Assembly (NCBI GenBank): GCA_037441705.1
Contig: JBBIRR010000005.1
Coordinates: 1 to 64,000 of the forward strand
Direction of reading: 5' to 3'
DNA length: 64,000 bases
From: Ignavibacteriales bacterium
Lineage (GTDB): Bacteria; Bacteroidota; Ignavibacteria; UBA10030; UBA6906
This document shows positions 48,521-58,697 of this stretch, one piece after another; the first letter of the stretch is position 1; every line of letters starts with the position of its first letter. The position numbers were made by a program, and so were the translations under genes. Under the pieces are notes generated by a model. That model was not told the DNA's origin. It saw only the letters and a program-made list of their open reading frames with translations, and searched no databases.

Positions 48521-51520
48521 ATGAAATGTATGTACAAGATCGCCTGTGCGTTCTTTCTTCTGTCGAGCTGCATGACCGTCGGGTATGCGCAAAGCATCGT
48601 GCAAGTCATTCCTCTTCCTAACACGACATACTGGAACCAGGCATGGGGGCTTGCCGCTGATTCGACCCGGCTGTACATCTCCAGCGGTACAAGCACGACG
48701 ACAGTCTACAACTATGGTTTCATCTACACGACAAATCACAATGGTGTTCCGATCGACAGCGTCAATCCGAGCAGCGGCTACAGTCAAGGTCTCGCTTACG
48801 ACGGCACGTATTTCTACTACGTGAGGCGATACACAGCAGCATGCGCGATCTACAAACTCACACGACAGGGAACGTTGATTGATTCGCTCCGCTGGCCGTC
48901 GAACCGGTACCTCGGCGGCGCATGCTGGGATGGCACACACCTCTGGGTGTCCGACTATACATCCACATCATCTTCCAATCCGACATATCTCTACAAAATC
49001 AACTGGGCGACAAAGTCGGTCGTTGATAGCATCCAGACCATCGGCCTTCAACCGCAGGGCATCGCCTGGGACGGGCAGTACCTGTATTACGCCATGGACT
49101 TGAACAGTAGTGAACCCAACCAGAATCTCATCTATGTCGTCAATCCCGTCACGCGTGACACTGTTCGAACGATCCCGATGCCCGAAGGTCCGACGACGGA
49201 TTCTAATCCGCGCGGACTTGCCTGGGACGGCCGCTACTTGTGGCTGATTGCCGAGCCGGTGGGTGCCTCGTCGGGACGTTCATTGTACAAGTATGATCTC
49301 AGCGGCAGCGGCACGCCGGACATTGATATTACGAGTCTTGTGGACTTCTCGGGCACACGCATCGGCTCGCAAAAGACTGTGCAGGTGAGTCTGAGCAATG
49401 TGGGTACGGCGCCGCTCACCATCGACAGCGTTCGCATCGTGCTCTCAACTCAATTTACAACGACGTTTGCCACTCCCACGACGATTCCCGCGAACAGTTC
49501 CGTACAATTCCCGCTGACGTTTGCGCCGACGACATTCGGGAGAGATTCGGCAAGCGTTCGCATATATTCGAACGATCCGGATGAGGGACTGAAGATTGTT
49601 GCAGCACGAGGGTTCGGCATCTACGGCACGCCGCTGATTTCCGTTCCTTCAAACTATGACTTCAATGCGCGTCGGGTCGGAAGTTCTAACTCATGGCTCA
49701 TGACTATCCAGAATCTTGGCGGACCGACACTTTCCATTTCGGCGATAACGACACTGACGAACGCATTCCGAATCGATCCAGTGAATCTTCCGTTGAGCAT
49801 TGATTCTCTCGGCTCCGCCTACGTGCGGGTATGGTTCCTGCCGACGGCAGGCGTTTCCTATTCAGACACGCTCAAGATCACCAGCAATGCTTCCAACGGG
49901 CCTGTCACAAGCGTCGCCTTGAGCGGCTTGGGCGATGTGACACCCATTCCCATTGGCCAGCCGTTCTGGACGTTCACCGTTCCGAACAATCCCCGGACGA
50001 GTTCAAACCAGAAGTTGGTAAAAGGTGTCCGCGCTATCAGTGACATCACCGGCGATGGGAAGCCCGACGTGGTCATCTCCACCGAAAACTACTGGACGAT
50101 GGCTCTCAACGGAAACGCGTCCGTGAGCAACGATTCGCTATGGGCATTCAATACGTACATCGCCAACTACAGCGCCGGTTCGATTGGCGCAACGGGCGAT
50201 TACTCGCATCAAAAGGCGCTCAGCGTTGCCGACCTGAACCTGGATGGCTACAAGGATGTCATCATTGGAACGGACGGCGGCAACGAACATGTCTATGCGA
50301 TCAACGGACGCAGCGGGCAAATCCTCTGGCAGTTCGGCACCGATCACCCGGACAGCTTCTCGCTCGGAGATTTCACGGGTGTTGATGCCAGCAGGGATTT
50401 TAACGGAGATAATGTGCCGGATGTTCTTGCCGCTGCGAGCGCTACCGAGGTTGGCGGTGTCGGCGGCAGACGAAGTATGTACCTGTTCAACGGCGCGAAC
50501 GGAAACATCCTCTGGCAGTCGCCTCTTCTTGGCTTTACGCACGGCGTTGCTGCGATCGGTGACGTGAGCGGCGACGGCGTTCCCGACGCTGTCGGATGTG
50601 TCGGCGAGCCATCGTACAAAGCCAGCGCGTTCAGCGGCGCGAACGGCGCGCTGTTGTGGGACTTTGCGGTGCCAAGCGGAAGCGGCGGCGGTAAGGAAGT
50701 GCTTGCCTGGCCCGTTGCCAACCAGACTCCGGATGTAATCGTGAGTGCATTCTGGGGTCCGGTCTACAGAGTTGACGGGGAATCGGGAACGCAAATCTGG
50801 TCGAGGCCCACAGGCGGCAGCGGCGTCATGCAGCTCGTCCGTCTGCGTGATGTTACGGGCGATGGGGTGGATGAAGTTCTCGCACCGCTTCTCGGCGGAG
50901 GCATCTATTGCATCAACGGTGCGAACGGCAACATCGTGTGGTCTCTTCCCACCGGCAACACGATGGGCGCGGCAGCAATTCCCGACCTGAATAACGACGG
51001 ATACGACGACGTTGCCATTGCCGTCCAGAATGAAGGAACGAGGATTGTGAAAGGGCAGGACGGCACACAGATGGCGCTCTATGCCACCGGCACTGCACAG
51101 TCTCGCGAGGTTGCAGTTGTTCCGGACATTGACGGCAACAACAGCTTCGAGATCATCATGGGAGGACGCGAAGGGAACGTGGCGCTGCTTTCCGGCGGCC
51201 TCGACGCCGGAACAGATGTGCAGCCCGTTGCCGGCTTGCCGCGGGAGTTTGAGTTAGGACAGAACTATCCCAATCCGTTCAATCCGACAACCACCATCAG
51301 CATCTCACTGCCCGTTCAGTCGGACGTCAGCCTGACGATTTATGATCTGCTGGGTCGTGAGGTGAGGTCGTTTGTGTACGAACGGGTACCTGCCGGAACG
51401 CATCAGGTTGTGTGGGATGGAAAGAACCGGCACGGCGTGAACGCAGCCAGCGGCGTGTACTACTACCAGCTTCGCGCAGGCACTGTCGTCAAAACACGAA
51501 GTATGGTGTTGGTACGATGA
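48521..51520 (+). CDS. Large T9SS cargo: N-terminal beta-propeller, two Ig-like (choice-of-anchor D/ASH-type) domains, FG-GAP-like propeller, CTD
   Basis: Repeated GLA(W/Y)DG.Y; SNVGTAPLTI...FAPT...SNDP repeats; DxxGDGxxD motifs; QNYPNPFNPTT...YDLLGREV...SGVYYYQL. Confidence 0.85.
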   Translation: MKCMYKIACAFFLLSSCMTVGYAQSIVQVIPLPNTTYWNQAWGLAADSTRLYISSGTSTTTVYNYGFIYTTNHNGVPIDSVNPSSGYSQGLAYDGTYFYYVRRYTAACAIYKLTRQGTLIDSLRWPSNRYLGGACWDGTHLWVSDYTSTSSSNPTYLYKINWATKSVVDSIQTIGLQPQGIAWDGQYLYYAMDLNSSEPNQNLIYVVNPVTRDTVRTIPMPEGPTTDSNPRGLAWDGRYLWLIAEPVGASSGRSLYKYDLSGSGTPDIDITSLVDFSGTRIGSQKTVQVSLSNVGTAPLTIDSVRIVLSTQFTTTFATPTTIPANSSVQFPLTFAPTTFGRDSASVRIYSNDPDEGLKIVAARGFGIYGTPLISVPSNYDFNARRVGSSNSWLMTIQNLGGPTLSISAITTLTNAFRIDPVNLPLSIDSLGSAYVRVWFLPTAGVSYSDTLKITSNASNGPVTSVALSGLGDVTPIPIGQPFWTFTVPNNPRTSSNQKLVKGVRAISDITGDGKPDVVISTENYWTMALNGNASVSNDSLWAFNTYIANYSAGSIGATGDYSHQKALSVADLNLDGYKDVIIGTDGGNEHVYAINGRSGQILWQFGTDHPDSFSLGDFTGVDASRDFNGDNVPDVLAAASATEVGGVGGRRSMYLFNGANGNILWQSPLLGFTHGVAAIGDVSGDGVPDAVGCVGEPSYKASAFSGANGALLWDFAVPSGSGGGKEVLAWPVANQTPDVIVSAFWGPVYRVDGESGTQIWSRPTGGSGVMQLVRLRDVTGDGVDEVLAPLLGGGIYCINGANGNIVWSLPTGNTMGAAAIPDLNNDGYDDVAIAVQNEGTRIVKGQDGTQMALYATGTAQSREVAVVPDIDGNNSFEIIMGGREGNVALLSGGLDAGTDVQPVAGLPREFELGQNYPNPFNPTTTISISLPVQSDVSLTIYDLLGREVRSFVYERVPAGTHQVVWDGKNRHGVNAASGVYYYQLRAGTVVKTRSMVLVR

Positions 51521-53568
51521 AAAGAGAACTGAAACTCATTACCATTCTTCTGTTTTTCGGTGCCGCCTCTGTCGTGGAGGCGGCAATGGTTGCTCGCGTT
51601 AAGGTGCAATCGGAGCACGACATCATCCTGCTGCATCAGATGGGCGTGAAGATCGAGGACGTGAACGTGCGTGCGCGCGTTGATCGAGCCGGTCTTCGCC
51701 GTTACAGCATTCGCTGGAATTCCGAGAATGGATTCGTAACCATCGTGGGTGAGGAAGAACAACTTCAACGCGTAAAGGATGCAGGGCTTACGATTCTTTC
51801 GACATCTCCCATAGCCGAAGGCGCCCTCGTTCCCCCTTCACCAACCCTCCTCGATACCATTCCGTATCAGTTCGGCTGGCCCCGGTCTATCTTTAATGGA
51901 CTTTCGCTCTACGAAAACAGTCCAACCGTTGCCGACTTCGATCTGAACGGTCAACTCGATGTGTCGGTGACCAATGCTTGGGGGTCGTACTCGCCTGCCA
52001 ATCCCCCATATGTAATTGCATGGCGGCGTAACGGAGCCTATCTCCAGGGCTTCCCTGTGCCACTTGATTCGGGGCTTCTACAAAGCAGCGCCGATGCCGG
52101 CATCGCGGCGGCAGCGGACGTCTACGGCGACAGCAAACTGGAACTTGTGTTGGGCGACGAGAACGGCTTCCTCTATGCGTTTACCTCCGGCGGCGCGCCG
52201 CTTCCGGGCTTCCCGCGGCATTACGGCTACTTTGTCGGTGTCTTTACGCCTGCACTTGCCGACTGCGACAACGACGGAAAAGCCGATATTGCTGTGATTA
52301 CACACGACTGGGACTCGCCGTACGGAAACGCCAATCTCCATTTGCTGAAGGTGACGCCAAGCGGACCCGTCGAGTTTCCCGGTTTCCCGATCAATCTCGA
52401 GCGCGGAGCGGAGAACAGTCCCGCTATCGGCGACCTCGATGGCGACGGCACGATGGAAATCGTTGTAGGTACCGGCGGAACGTCGAGCGGACCATCGGCG
52501 AAGATCATCGCGTTCACAACGACCGGCCAGGTTGCGACGGGCTTTCCCTTCGTTGTCGGCATGAACAGTGTCGGCAACTCGCCCACACTGTACGACATCA
52601 ACAACGACGGCACGCTGGAGATTCTCATTCGCATGAAGCCCGACAACAACGTCAATGGGATTTATGCGATTGACTTTCGGGGTCAAATCGTTCCCGGCTT
52701 TCCGTTTCCCATCACGTACGGCAACCCCAGCGCATGCGTTGCTGTCGGCGACATGGATGGCGACAACATTCCAGAACTTGCGTACGGCGGTGTCGAAGCG
52801 GTGGACTCGGGCAAGGTGTGGGTGTACAATCTGTCGGGGGCGCTCCTTCCCGGTTTTCCTGCACGAGTGTATCGGACGTGGGTGGATGGGTCTGTTGCGA
52901 TCGCCGACGTTGATGGCGATGGAAAGGGAGATGTCGTCTGCGGCACGAACGGTGTTTCGAGCCGCCCGGGACTCATCCGCGCATTCAACTATCTCGGCCA
53001 GGAACTTCCCGGCTTCCCGATTTCACCCGGCAATCCTTTGCTGACCAGTTTCGAAACGCATCCCACGCTCGTTGATATTGATGGAGACGGTGATACCGAA
53101 ATCTTCGGGGGGCGGTTAGACAAATTCGTCTATGCATGGGATACGCCCGGAGTTTTCGACTCGGTGAAAGCGTGGCGCACATTCAAGGGAAACGCCGCAC
53201 GCACCGGCGGGCAGCTCCGCAGCCCGATTTCGCTTGCAGTCGGGGATGCCAATGGTGTCGCCCGAGAGTTTGTTCTGGAGCAGAACTACCCGAACCCGTT
53301 CAATCCATCTACGCGCATCCGTTTTTCGGTTGGAGGTTCGAGGCTTGAGGAGAGCGGTTCAGCGTTCATGGTTCAAGGTTCTGGAGCCGTAACGATGAAG
53401 GTGTACGATGTGTTGGGGAAAGAAGTGGCAACGCTGGTGAATCAGGACATGAAACCAGGAAGCTATACCGTCACCTGGAATGCAACCGGAAAGGCCAGCG
53501 GCGTGTACTACTACCAACTGCGTACAACCGATTTCGTGCAGACGAAAAAGATGTTGCTGCTCCGCTAA
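51517..53568 (+). CDS. FG-GAP/VCBS repeat protein with T9SS CTD
   Basis: Repeated SP.x.D.D.DG..EI and PGFP units; QNYPNPFNP...YDVLGKEV...SGVYYYQL...KKMLLLR. ATGA-coupled to the upstream gene. Confidence 0.85.
   Translation: MKRELKLITILLFFGAASVVEAAMVARVKVQSEHDIILLHQMGVKIEDVNVRARVDRAGLRRYSIRWNSENGFVTIVGEEEQLQRVKDAGLTILSTSPIAEGALVPPSPTLLDTIPYQFGWPRSIFNGLSLYENSPTVADFDLNGQLDVSVTNAWGSYSPANPPYVIAWRRNGAYLQGFPVPLDSGLLQSSADAGIAAAADVYGDSKLELVLGDENGFLYAFTSGGAPLPGFPRHYGYFVGVFTPALADCDNDGKADIAVITHDWDSPYGNANLHLLKVTPSGPVEFPGFPINLERGAENSPAIGDLDGDGTMEIVVGTGGTSSGPSAKIIAFTTTGQVATGFPFVVGMNSVGNSPTLYDINNDGTLEILIRMKPDNNVNGIYAIDFRGQIVPGFPFPITYGNPSACVAVGDMDGDNIPELAYGGVEAVDSGKVWVYNLSGALLPGFPARVYRTWVDGSVAIADVDGDGKGDVVCGTNGVSSRPGLIRAFNYLGQELPGFPISPGNPLLTSFETHPTLVDIDGDGDTEIFGGRLDKFVYAWDTPGVFDSVKAWRTFKGNAARTGGQLRSPISLAVGDANGVAREFVLEQNYPNPFNPSTRIRFSVGGSRLEESGSAFMVQGSGAVTMKVYDVLGKEVATLVNQDMKPGSYTVTWNATGKASGVYYYQLRTTDFVQTKKMLLLR
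53328..53383 (+). repeat. Eight degenerate tandem heptamers (consensus GGTTCAR) within the CTD coding region
   Basis: GGTTGGA GGTTCGA GGCTTGA GGAGAGC GGTTCAG CGTTCAT GGTTCAA GGTTCTG. Confidence 0.75.
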
Positions 53569-53574
53569 ACGCAT

Positions 53575-53637
53575 TTGCTTGTTAGGCATTCTTTTGTCAT
53601 AATCGTACTGGAGCGGCGGAGCGAACCCTTCCGCCGC
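53575..53637 (+). promoter_or_regulatory. Sigma70-type promoter followed by a 5' hairpin
   Basis: TTGCTT-N17-CATAAT with extended TG; hairpin GCGGCGGA-N9-TCCGCCGC (53613-53637). Confidence 0.5.
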
Positions 53638-53763
53638 CCGACTGTTCCTTCCTTCACTCCTGCCGTTTGATCTTATCCTGTTTCTTCCGAATCAGCGACG
53701 CGTTTCCCGGTCGGAGTGGGAAGGCGTGGTTATCACCGAGCTTGCCAAGAAAGGAGAAACGCT

Positions 53764-55929
53764 ATGCCACGAATAATCATTACTCTCTTGTTGTTGATGA
53801 TTCTTGTCCCGCTCTTCGGGCAGACAGTCTCGGCAGAGACGGACGAACTCCTCGTCATCATTCCCGCACAACAATCCATTGAAGCAACCCGCGTTGCCAC
53901 TTCACCCATTCGGTTCTACCATCGCCTGAGTGACGGATACCTCGTCGGCATGAGCCGATCATCGTTCGCCGCGATGCGGAAGAGGAACATTGATTGTGTG
54001 ATTGTCGATGACAGGCCCTGGAGTTCCTCCTATGCCCTTGTTTCCCGACCGCATCCGAACCAGACGGCGCTCACGCTCGAAGGCATCCCTGCGCACATCC
54101 TCTACAGAGGAGAGGACTACATCATTATCCGAGGAACGCCTGAGGCTTTCCAGCAGTTGCGCAGACAGGGATATGGTTGTGTGGAGATTGAAAGAATCGA
54201 AATCCCATTTGATCCTACCACGACGCGGATGCCGCACGGAGTTGGCGCGCGCATGCGAGGCATCGTTGACAGCCTCATTTCATTCGTCTCCGATACATCT
54301 CTTCGAAACTACATTCAGGCGATGCAGGATTTCGGCACGCGGTACTGGAACAACGCCAACCGAGACTCGGTGTCGCGTTGGGTCAAGGCGCAGTACGTTG
54401 CCGCCGGCGTTGCCGATGTCCGGCTCGACAGCTTCCAGTACAGCAGCACATGGCAGGCAAATGTCGTGGCGACTCTTCCCGGGACGGTGTATCCCACACG
54501 GGAGTTCATCGTCGGCGGGCATCATGATTCATACTCCTCGAATGTCCTGCAAGCGCCGGGCGCTGATGACAACGCATCCGGTGCGGCAGCGGCCATTGAA
54601 ATGGCGCGCGTCCTCAAGCTCATGAACTACCAGCCGGCCTACACCATGCGCTTCATGGGGTTTGCCGCCGAGGAAGCAGGCTTACGCGGCAGCGCAAGCT
54701 ATGCTCAGCGTGCACGTCAGGCTAATCGAGACATCCGCGCGATGCTGAATTACGACATGATCGGCTATCGCAATCAAGCGCAAGGGGATCGCGATGTGTA
54801 CGTCGTCTGGTACACAGGTGCCGAGGCGCTTTCGACACTTCATTCATCGGCGGCCACTTTCTACACGCCTCTCACACCCGTGCTGACCACATCGTATCGC
54901 AGCGGGAGTGATAGCTATTCGTTCTGGCAGCAAAACTACAAAGCCGTGTTTCTCATCGAACGAGATTTCAGTCCGTACTACCACTCACCGAATGATCTCC
55001 TCCAATACCTGGACATGCCGTACTCGGCAGAGATTGTGAGGTCAGGATTGGCGACGTTGGTGACGTTGGATCAGATGCCGCCGAGTGTGGCCGGACTGCA
55101 GTTGAGAGATCGCGGCAACGGCACGTCGCTTTACGTAAGCTGGGATAGCGTCATGGTGCTTGACTTTTCTGCTTACAAGATTTATGTAGGAAGAGCGCCG
55201 GGAGTGTACGATACGTCGTTCACGCAAACGACGCGCTCTCGATTCATCACGGGATTGACGGAGGGAGTGCCCTACTATGTGGGTGTCTCGATCGTGGACC
55301 AGGCGGGCTTGGAAGGATTCATCACGGAACTCAGCGCAACACCCCGCAGTGTGCCGCTGCCTCCGGCAGGGCTCACGACGGTGAGCTTGCCGAACGCAGT
55401 GAGACTTACCTGGCGCCGAAATTGGGAAATGGACTTGCGAGGGTACAATGTGTATCGCACCGCCACGCCGTCGCCCGGCGCGCCGTTCATCCTGCGAACC
55501 GCAACACCGATAACCGACACATCGTGGGTCGACAGCGTGCAACTGGCGGGCACGTACGCCTACTACACGACCGCAGTGGATTCTTCGGGACTCCAAAGCA
55601 CGCCGTCGGATACGGTCTCGGGCAGCCCGATCACCTCGGTTGGAGACGAAAAGCAAAGCCTGCCGTTTGCGTTCAAGCTCTATCAAAACTATCCCAATCC
55701 TTTCAACCCCTCGACACTCATCAAGTACGAAATCGGAAGCAGGGGACTTGTTGTGATGAGAGTGTTCGACCTTCTCGGAAGGGACGTTGCCGTGCTTGTA
55801 CACGAACCGAAGGAACCGGGCGTGTACGCAGTCGTTTGGGATGCCGTGAATGCGACAAGCGGCGTGTATTTCGTCCGACTTCAAGCGGAGGGACGGGTGG
55901 AGACTATCCGGGCAACGTTGTTGAAGTAG
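53764..55929 (+). CDS. M28 family metallopeptidase + two FN3 domains + T9SS CTD
   Basis: VGGHHDS, APGADDNASG, FAAEEAGLRGS, NYDMIGY, SDSYSF, YHSPND; FN3 (YKIY, GYNVYR); QNYPNPFNP CTD. Confidence 0.9.
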   Translation: MPRIIITLLLLMILVPLFGQTVSAETDELLVIIPAQQSIEATRVATSPIRFYHRLSDGYLVGMSRSSFAAMRKRNIDCVIVDDRPWSSSYALVSRPHPNQTALTLEGIPAHILYRGEDYIIIRGTPEAFQQLRRQGYGCVEIERIEIPFDPTTTRMPHGVGARMRGIVDSLISFVSDTSLRNYIQAMQDFGTRYWNNANRDSVSRWVKAQYVAAGVADVRLDSFQYSSTWQANVVATLPGTVYPTREFIVGGHHDSYSSNVLQAPGADDNASGAAAAIEMARVLKLMNYQPAYTMRFMGFAAEEAGLRGSASYAQRARQANRDIRAMLNYDMIGYRNQAQGDRDVYVVWYTGAEALSTLHSSAATFYTPLTPVLTTSYRSGSDSYSFWQQNYKAVFLIERDFSPYYHSPNDLLQYLDMPYSAEIVRSGLATLVTLDQMPPSVAGLQLRDRGNGTSLYVSWDSVMVLDFSAYKIYVGRAPGVYDTSFTQTTRSRFITGLTEGVPYYVGVSIVDQAGLEGFITELSATPRSVPLPPAGLTTVSLPNAVRLTWRRNWEMDLRGYNVYRTATPSPGAPFILRTATPITDTSWVDSVQLAGTYAYYTTAVDSSGLQSTPSDTVSGSPITSVGDEKQSLPFAFKLYQNYPNPFNPSTLIKYEIGSRGLVVMRVFDLLGRDVAVLVHEPKEPGVYAVVWDAVNATSGVYFVRLQAEGRVETIRATLLK

Positions 55930-55937
55930 GTGCAGTC

Positions 55938-57632
55938 ATGAAAACTCATGGCAAGCGTGCGCTCTGCGTGACGACGCTGCTTCTTGCATCTCCTGCCGTC
56001 GTTTTCGCACAAGTTCCGTTCGCCGTCACGCCAACATGGACTTCGGCGGATGTTTCCAACTATTCGACCGGCTGTGCTTGGGCAGATATCAATAAGGATG
56101 GATGGCTTGATCTTGTCGTTGCCAACGGCAACGACATGGCGCGGCAGCGAGTCGTAGTGTACTACAGCGTATTCGGCACACTGCCGACTACGCCGAACTG
56201 GCAATCAGCCGACGTTGACTATCACGGCCACCTTTCCGTCGGTGATGTGAACAGTGACGGTTATCCCGATGTTGCCGTGTCGGTGTACATCGGCGCAGCA
56301 GGATTCAGTCAGCGAGGGAGAGTCAAGTTGTATTTGAACAATAACGGAACGCTTTCCACATCTCCTTCGTGGATATCGAAGGACTCTCTCTACACGTTCA
56401 GTTGCGCGTTCGGCGATGCCGATGGCGACGGCGACCTCGATCTTGCTGTCGCGTGCGGCGAGTCGTACAACAATCGAGCAGAGCAGAACCGGATTTACTT
56501 CAATACTGCAGGACGGCTGGACTCGCTGCCCGGATGGAAAAGCAGAGAATCGGGCTACAGCTACGACGTCAGCTGGGCTGACTTCGACAACGACGGCGAT
56601 CTCGACCTCGTCTTCGCCAATGAACGCGGTCCGAACCGCATGTACATGAACTACGGCGACTCGATCGGAACCGCTGCGTGGTGGGCATCGGGCGATGGAG
56701 CCCTCAACGCTAACTCCCTGTTCGTGGGTGATGTCAACAATGACGGCTTTCTCGATCTGGCAATCTCCGACAACAACCAACTCGGAGGAACAGGGCGTTT
56801 CAAATTGTACCGCAATCAAAATGGGCGGCTCGATTCCATTCCGTTTTGGACGTCGGCGTTCTCCGGCTACGGCTCGGGAATCAATCTTGCCGATATCGAC
56901 AACGACGGCGACCGTGACTTGCTGACGGGTGGATGGTGGAACCCGCTGCGCATCTACACGAATGTGAACGGAAGCTTCGCATCGAGTCCACAGTGGACAT
57001 CGAGCACAAACAGTGTCGTGGAAGCCATCGTCTGCGGCGATTACGACAACGACGGGCTTGATACGCTGAACGTGCAGTTTGTCGGTACCGGCACGACGAA
57101 GCTGTACTACCTGCCTCGTGCGCCGCTGCAGCGCCTGCTTCGCGTTGCATGGAACGGCGATCCCGACTCCGCCGCTCCGTATTGCTTCGACCTCGAGAAC
57201 GGGTGGCTCAGCTTCATGCGCCCGGCAGGCCAGGGCACGCCGATCGACATCCGCATTGTCGTTTCGCGCGACCTTGACTTTGCGGTCAGCAACTGGGATC
57301 CCTCCATCGGAAACTACGTCTTCAGAAACACTACACCTTCTGGTGTTGAGGAGAGAACAGGCGGCGTTGCGGAGGTTCGGCTCTATCAGAATTATCCTAA
57401 TCCATTTAATCCCGTAACGACCATCAGGTTCGGGGTTCAGGTTTCAGGATGGGTTTCGCTGAAAGTGTATGATCTGCTTGGTCGCGACGTGGCGACGTTG
57501 GTGAGCGGAAACGTGCAGGCGGGCTTGCACGATGTCGAATTCGGCGCAGGCAACCTTGCGAGTGGGATGTATGTGTACGAGCTGCGCTCGGCAACAGTCT
57601 CGCTGCGGAAAAAGATGATGCTTCTGCAGTGA
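55938..57632 (+). CDS. FG-GAP/VCBS repeat protein with T9SS CTD
   Basis: Repeated (W)AD.DNDGD.DL units; QNYPNPFNP...YDLLGRDV...ASGMYVY...KKMMLLQ. Confidence 0.87.
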   Translation: MKTHGKRALCVTTLLLASPAVVFAQVPFAVTPTWTSADVSNYSTGCAWADINKDGWLDLVVANGNDMARQRVVVYYSVFGTLPTTPNWQSADVDYHGHLSVGDVNSDGYPDVAVSVYIGAAGFSQRGRVKLYLNNNGTLSTSPSWISKDSLYTFSCAFGDADGDGDLDLAVACGESYNNRAEQNRIYFNTAGRLDSLPGWKSRESGYSYDVSWADFDNDGDLDLVFANERGPNRMYMNYGDSIGTAAWWASGDGALNANSLFVGDVNNDGFLDLAISDNNQLGGTGRFKLYRNQNGRLDSIPFWTSAFSGYGSGINLADIDNDGDRDLLTGGWWNPLRIYTNVNGSFASSPQWTSSTNSVVEAIVCGDYDNDGLDTLNVQFVGTGTTKLYYLPRAPLQRLLRVAWNGDPDSAAPYCFDLENGWLSFMRPAGQGTPIDIRIVVSRDLDFAVSNWDPSIGNYVFRNTTPSGVEERTGGVAEVRLYQNYPNPFNPVTTIRFGVQVSGWVSLKVYDLLGRDVATLVSGNVQAGLHDVEFGAGNLASGMYVYELRSATVSLRKKMMLLQ

Positions 57633-57780
57633 TGTCGTTGTAGGTTGAAAACCCCGCACTCTCCGTCCACGAATCTCCCATCGCCTCTCTCGGGGGGAGG
57701 TGCTGCCGATTCGTGGGTGGAGGGTGGTGCGGGCCCGCTCTTGCCTCTCACCTGGATTGTTCTATCTTGTCTCACCATAA

Positions 57781-58665
57781 TTGCTTCCAACTCAGTCGCT
57801 CGACGTGCTTGCCATTCGACTCCTTCTCCTGTTCTGCGTAATTGTTTGGGGCTGGACATTCGTCGCTACGAAAGTCTGTCTTGCCTACTTGAACCCGATA
57901 GAGATCGTCGGTCTTCGGTTCTTCATCGGGCTGCCTGTCCTGTATGCGATCATTCGTGCGAAACGCTTGCGGATCGAATTCAACGCCGGTGAGTATTGCA
58001 GTCTGGGAATCGGAAGCGCCATCATTGCTCTGCACTTTCTGATGCAGGCCGTGGCGTTGAATTTCACTTCAGCCACAAACACCGGCTGGATCATTGCCGT
58101 TACGCCGCTTGCACTCGCTGTCCTCTCCGTTCTACTCCTGAAGGAGAGGATTGGCCGCGCCGAGCAAGCCGGGATAGCCGTTGCTACGGTTGGGATTATA
58201 CTTTTGATCTCACGGGGCAACGTGACAAACCTGAATTGGCTGAGCAGTCTTGGCGATTGGCTCATTCTTGCCTCGGCCCATACCTGGGCATTGTACACAA
58301 TTGCGACGCGAAACGTTTCACGCTCTCGGAATCCCCTTACAGTCACGTTGGTGGTCTTCCTGCCGCTTACTGTTGGATGTTTGTTGTATATGATGTTCAT
58401 GCGTGATGTTCGGCTGTACGCGGCGCTTCCGACAGAGCCGCTGTCGGCCCTGCTGTTTCTCGGTGTGCTGGGAACCGTGGCGCAGTGGTTCTGGCAAATC
58501 GGCGTGGCGAAGATCGGTGCAGCAAGGGCCGGCATCTTTCTGTATCTTGAGCCTGTGGCCACAACGGCTCTCGCGATTCCGGTGCTGGAGGAAACCTTTA
58601 CGGCGTTCACCGCAATCGGCGGTGTGCTGGTGATGATGGGCGTGTGGTGGGCGCAGAGAAAATGA
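57781..58665 (+). CDS. DMT/EamA family transporter
   Basis: VWGWTFVATK, about 10 TM segments, LLKER, GDWLIL, YLEPV; start uncertain. Confidence 0.88.
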   Translation: MLPTQSLDVLAIRLLLLFCVIVWGWTFVATKVCLAYLNPIEIVGLRFFIGLPVLYAIIRAKRLRIEFNAGEYCSLGIGSAIIALHFLMQAVALNFTSATNTGWIIAVTPLALAVLSVLLLKERIGRAEQAGIAVATVGIILLISRGNVTNLNWLSSLGDWLILASAHTWALYTIATRNVSRSRNPLTVTLVVFLPLTVGCLLYMMFMRDVRLYAALPTEPLSALLFLGVLGTVAQWFWQIGVAKIGAARAGIFLYLEPVATTALAIPVLEETFTAFTAIGGVLVMMGVWWAQRK

Positions 58666-58697
58666 GTATGACGACCAACCAAGAGAAAGGCCGATCC

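Noticed and set aside
55422-55937. Upstream extensions of ORFs into preceding genes (also at 13578, 48257, 51412)
   Set aside because: They overlap well-supported genes; internal ATGs followed by signal peptides are better starts.
57650-57780. Pyrimidine/purine-skewed spacer with faint period-7 or REP-like character
   Set aside because: Too degenerate to define a unit or stem.
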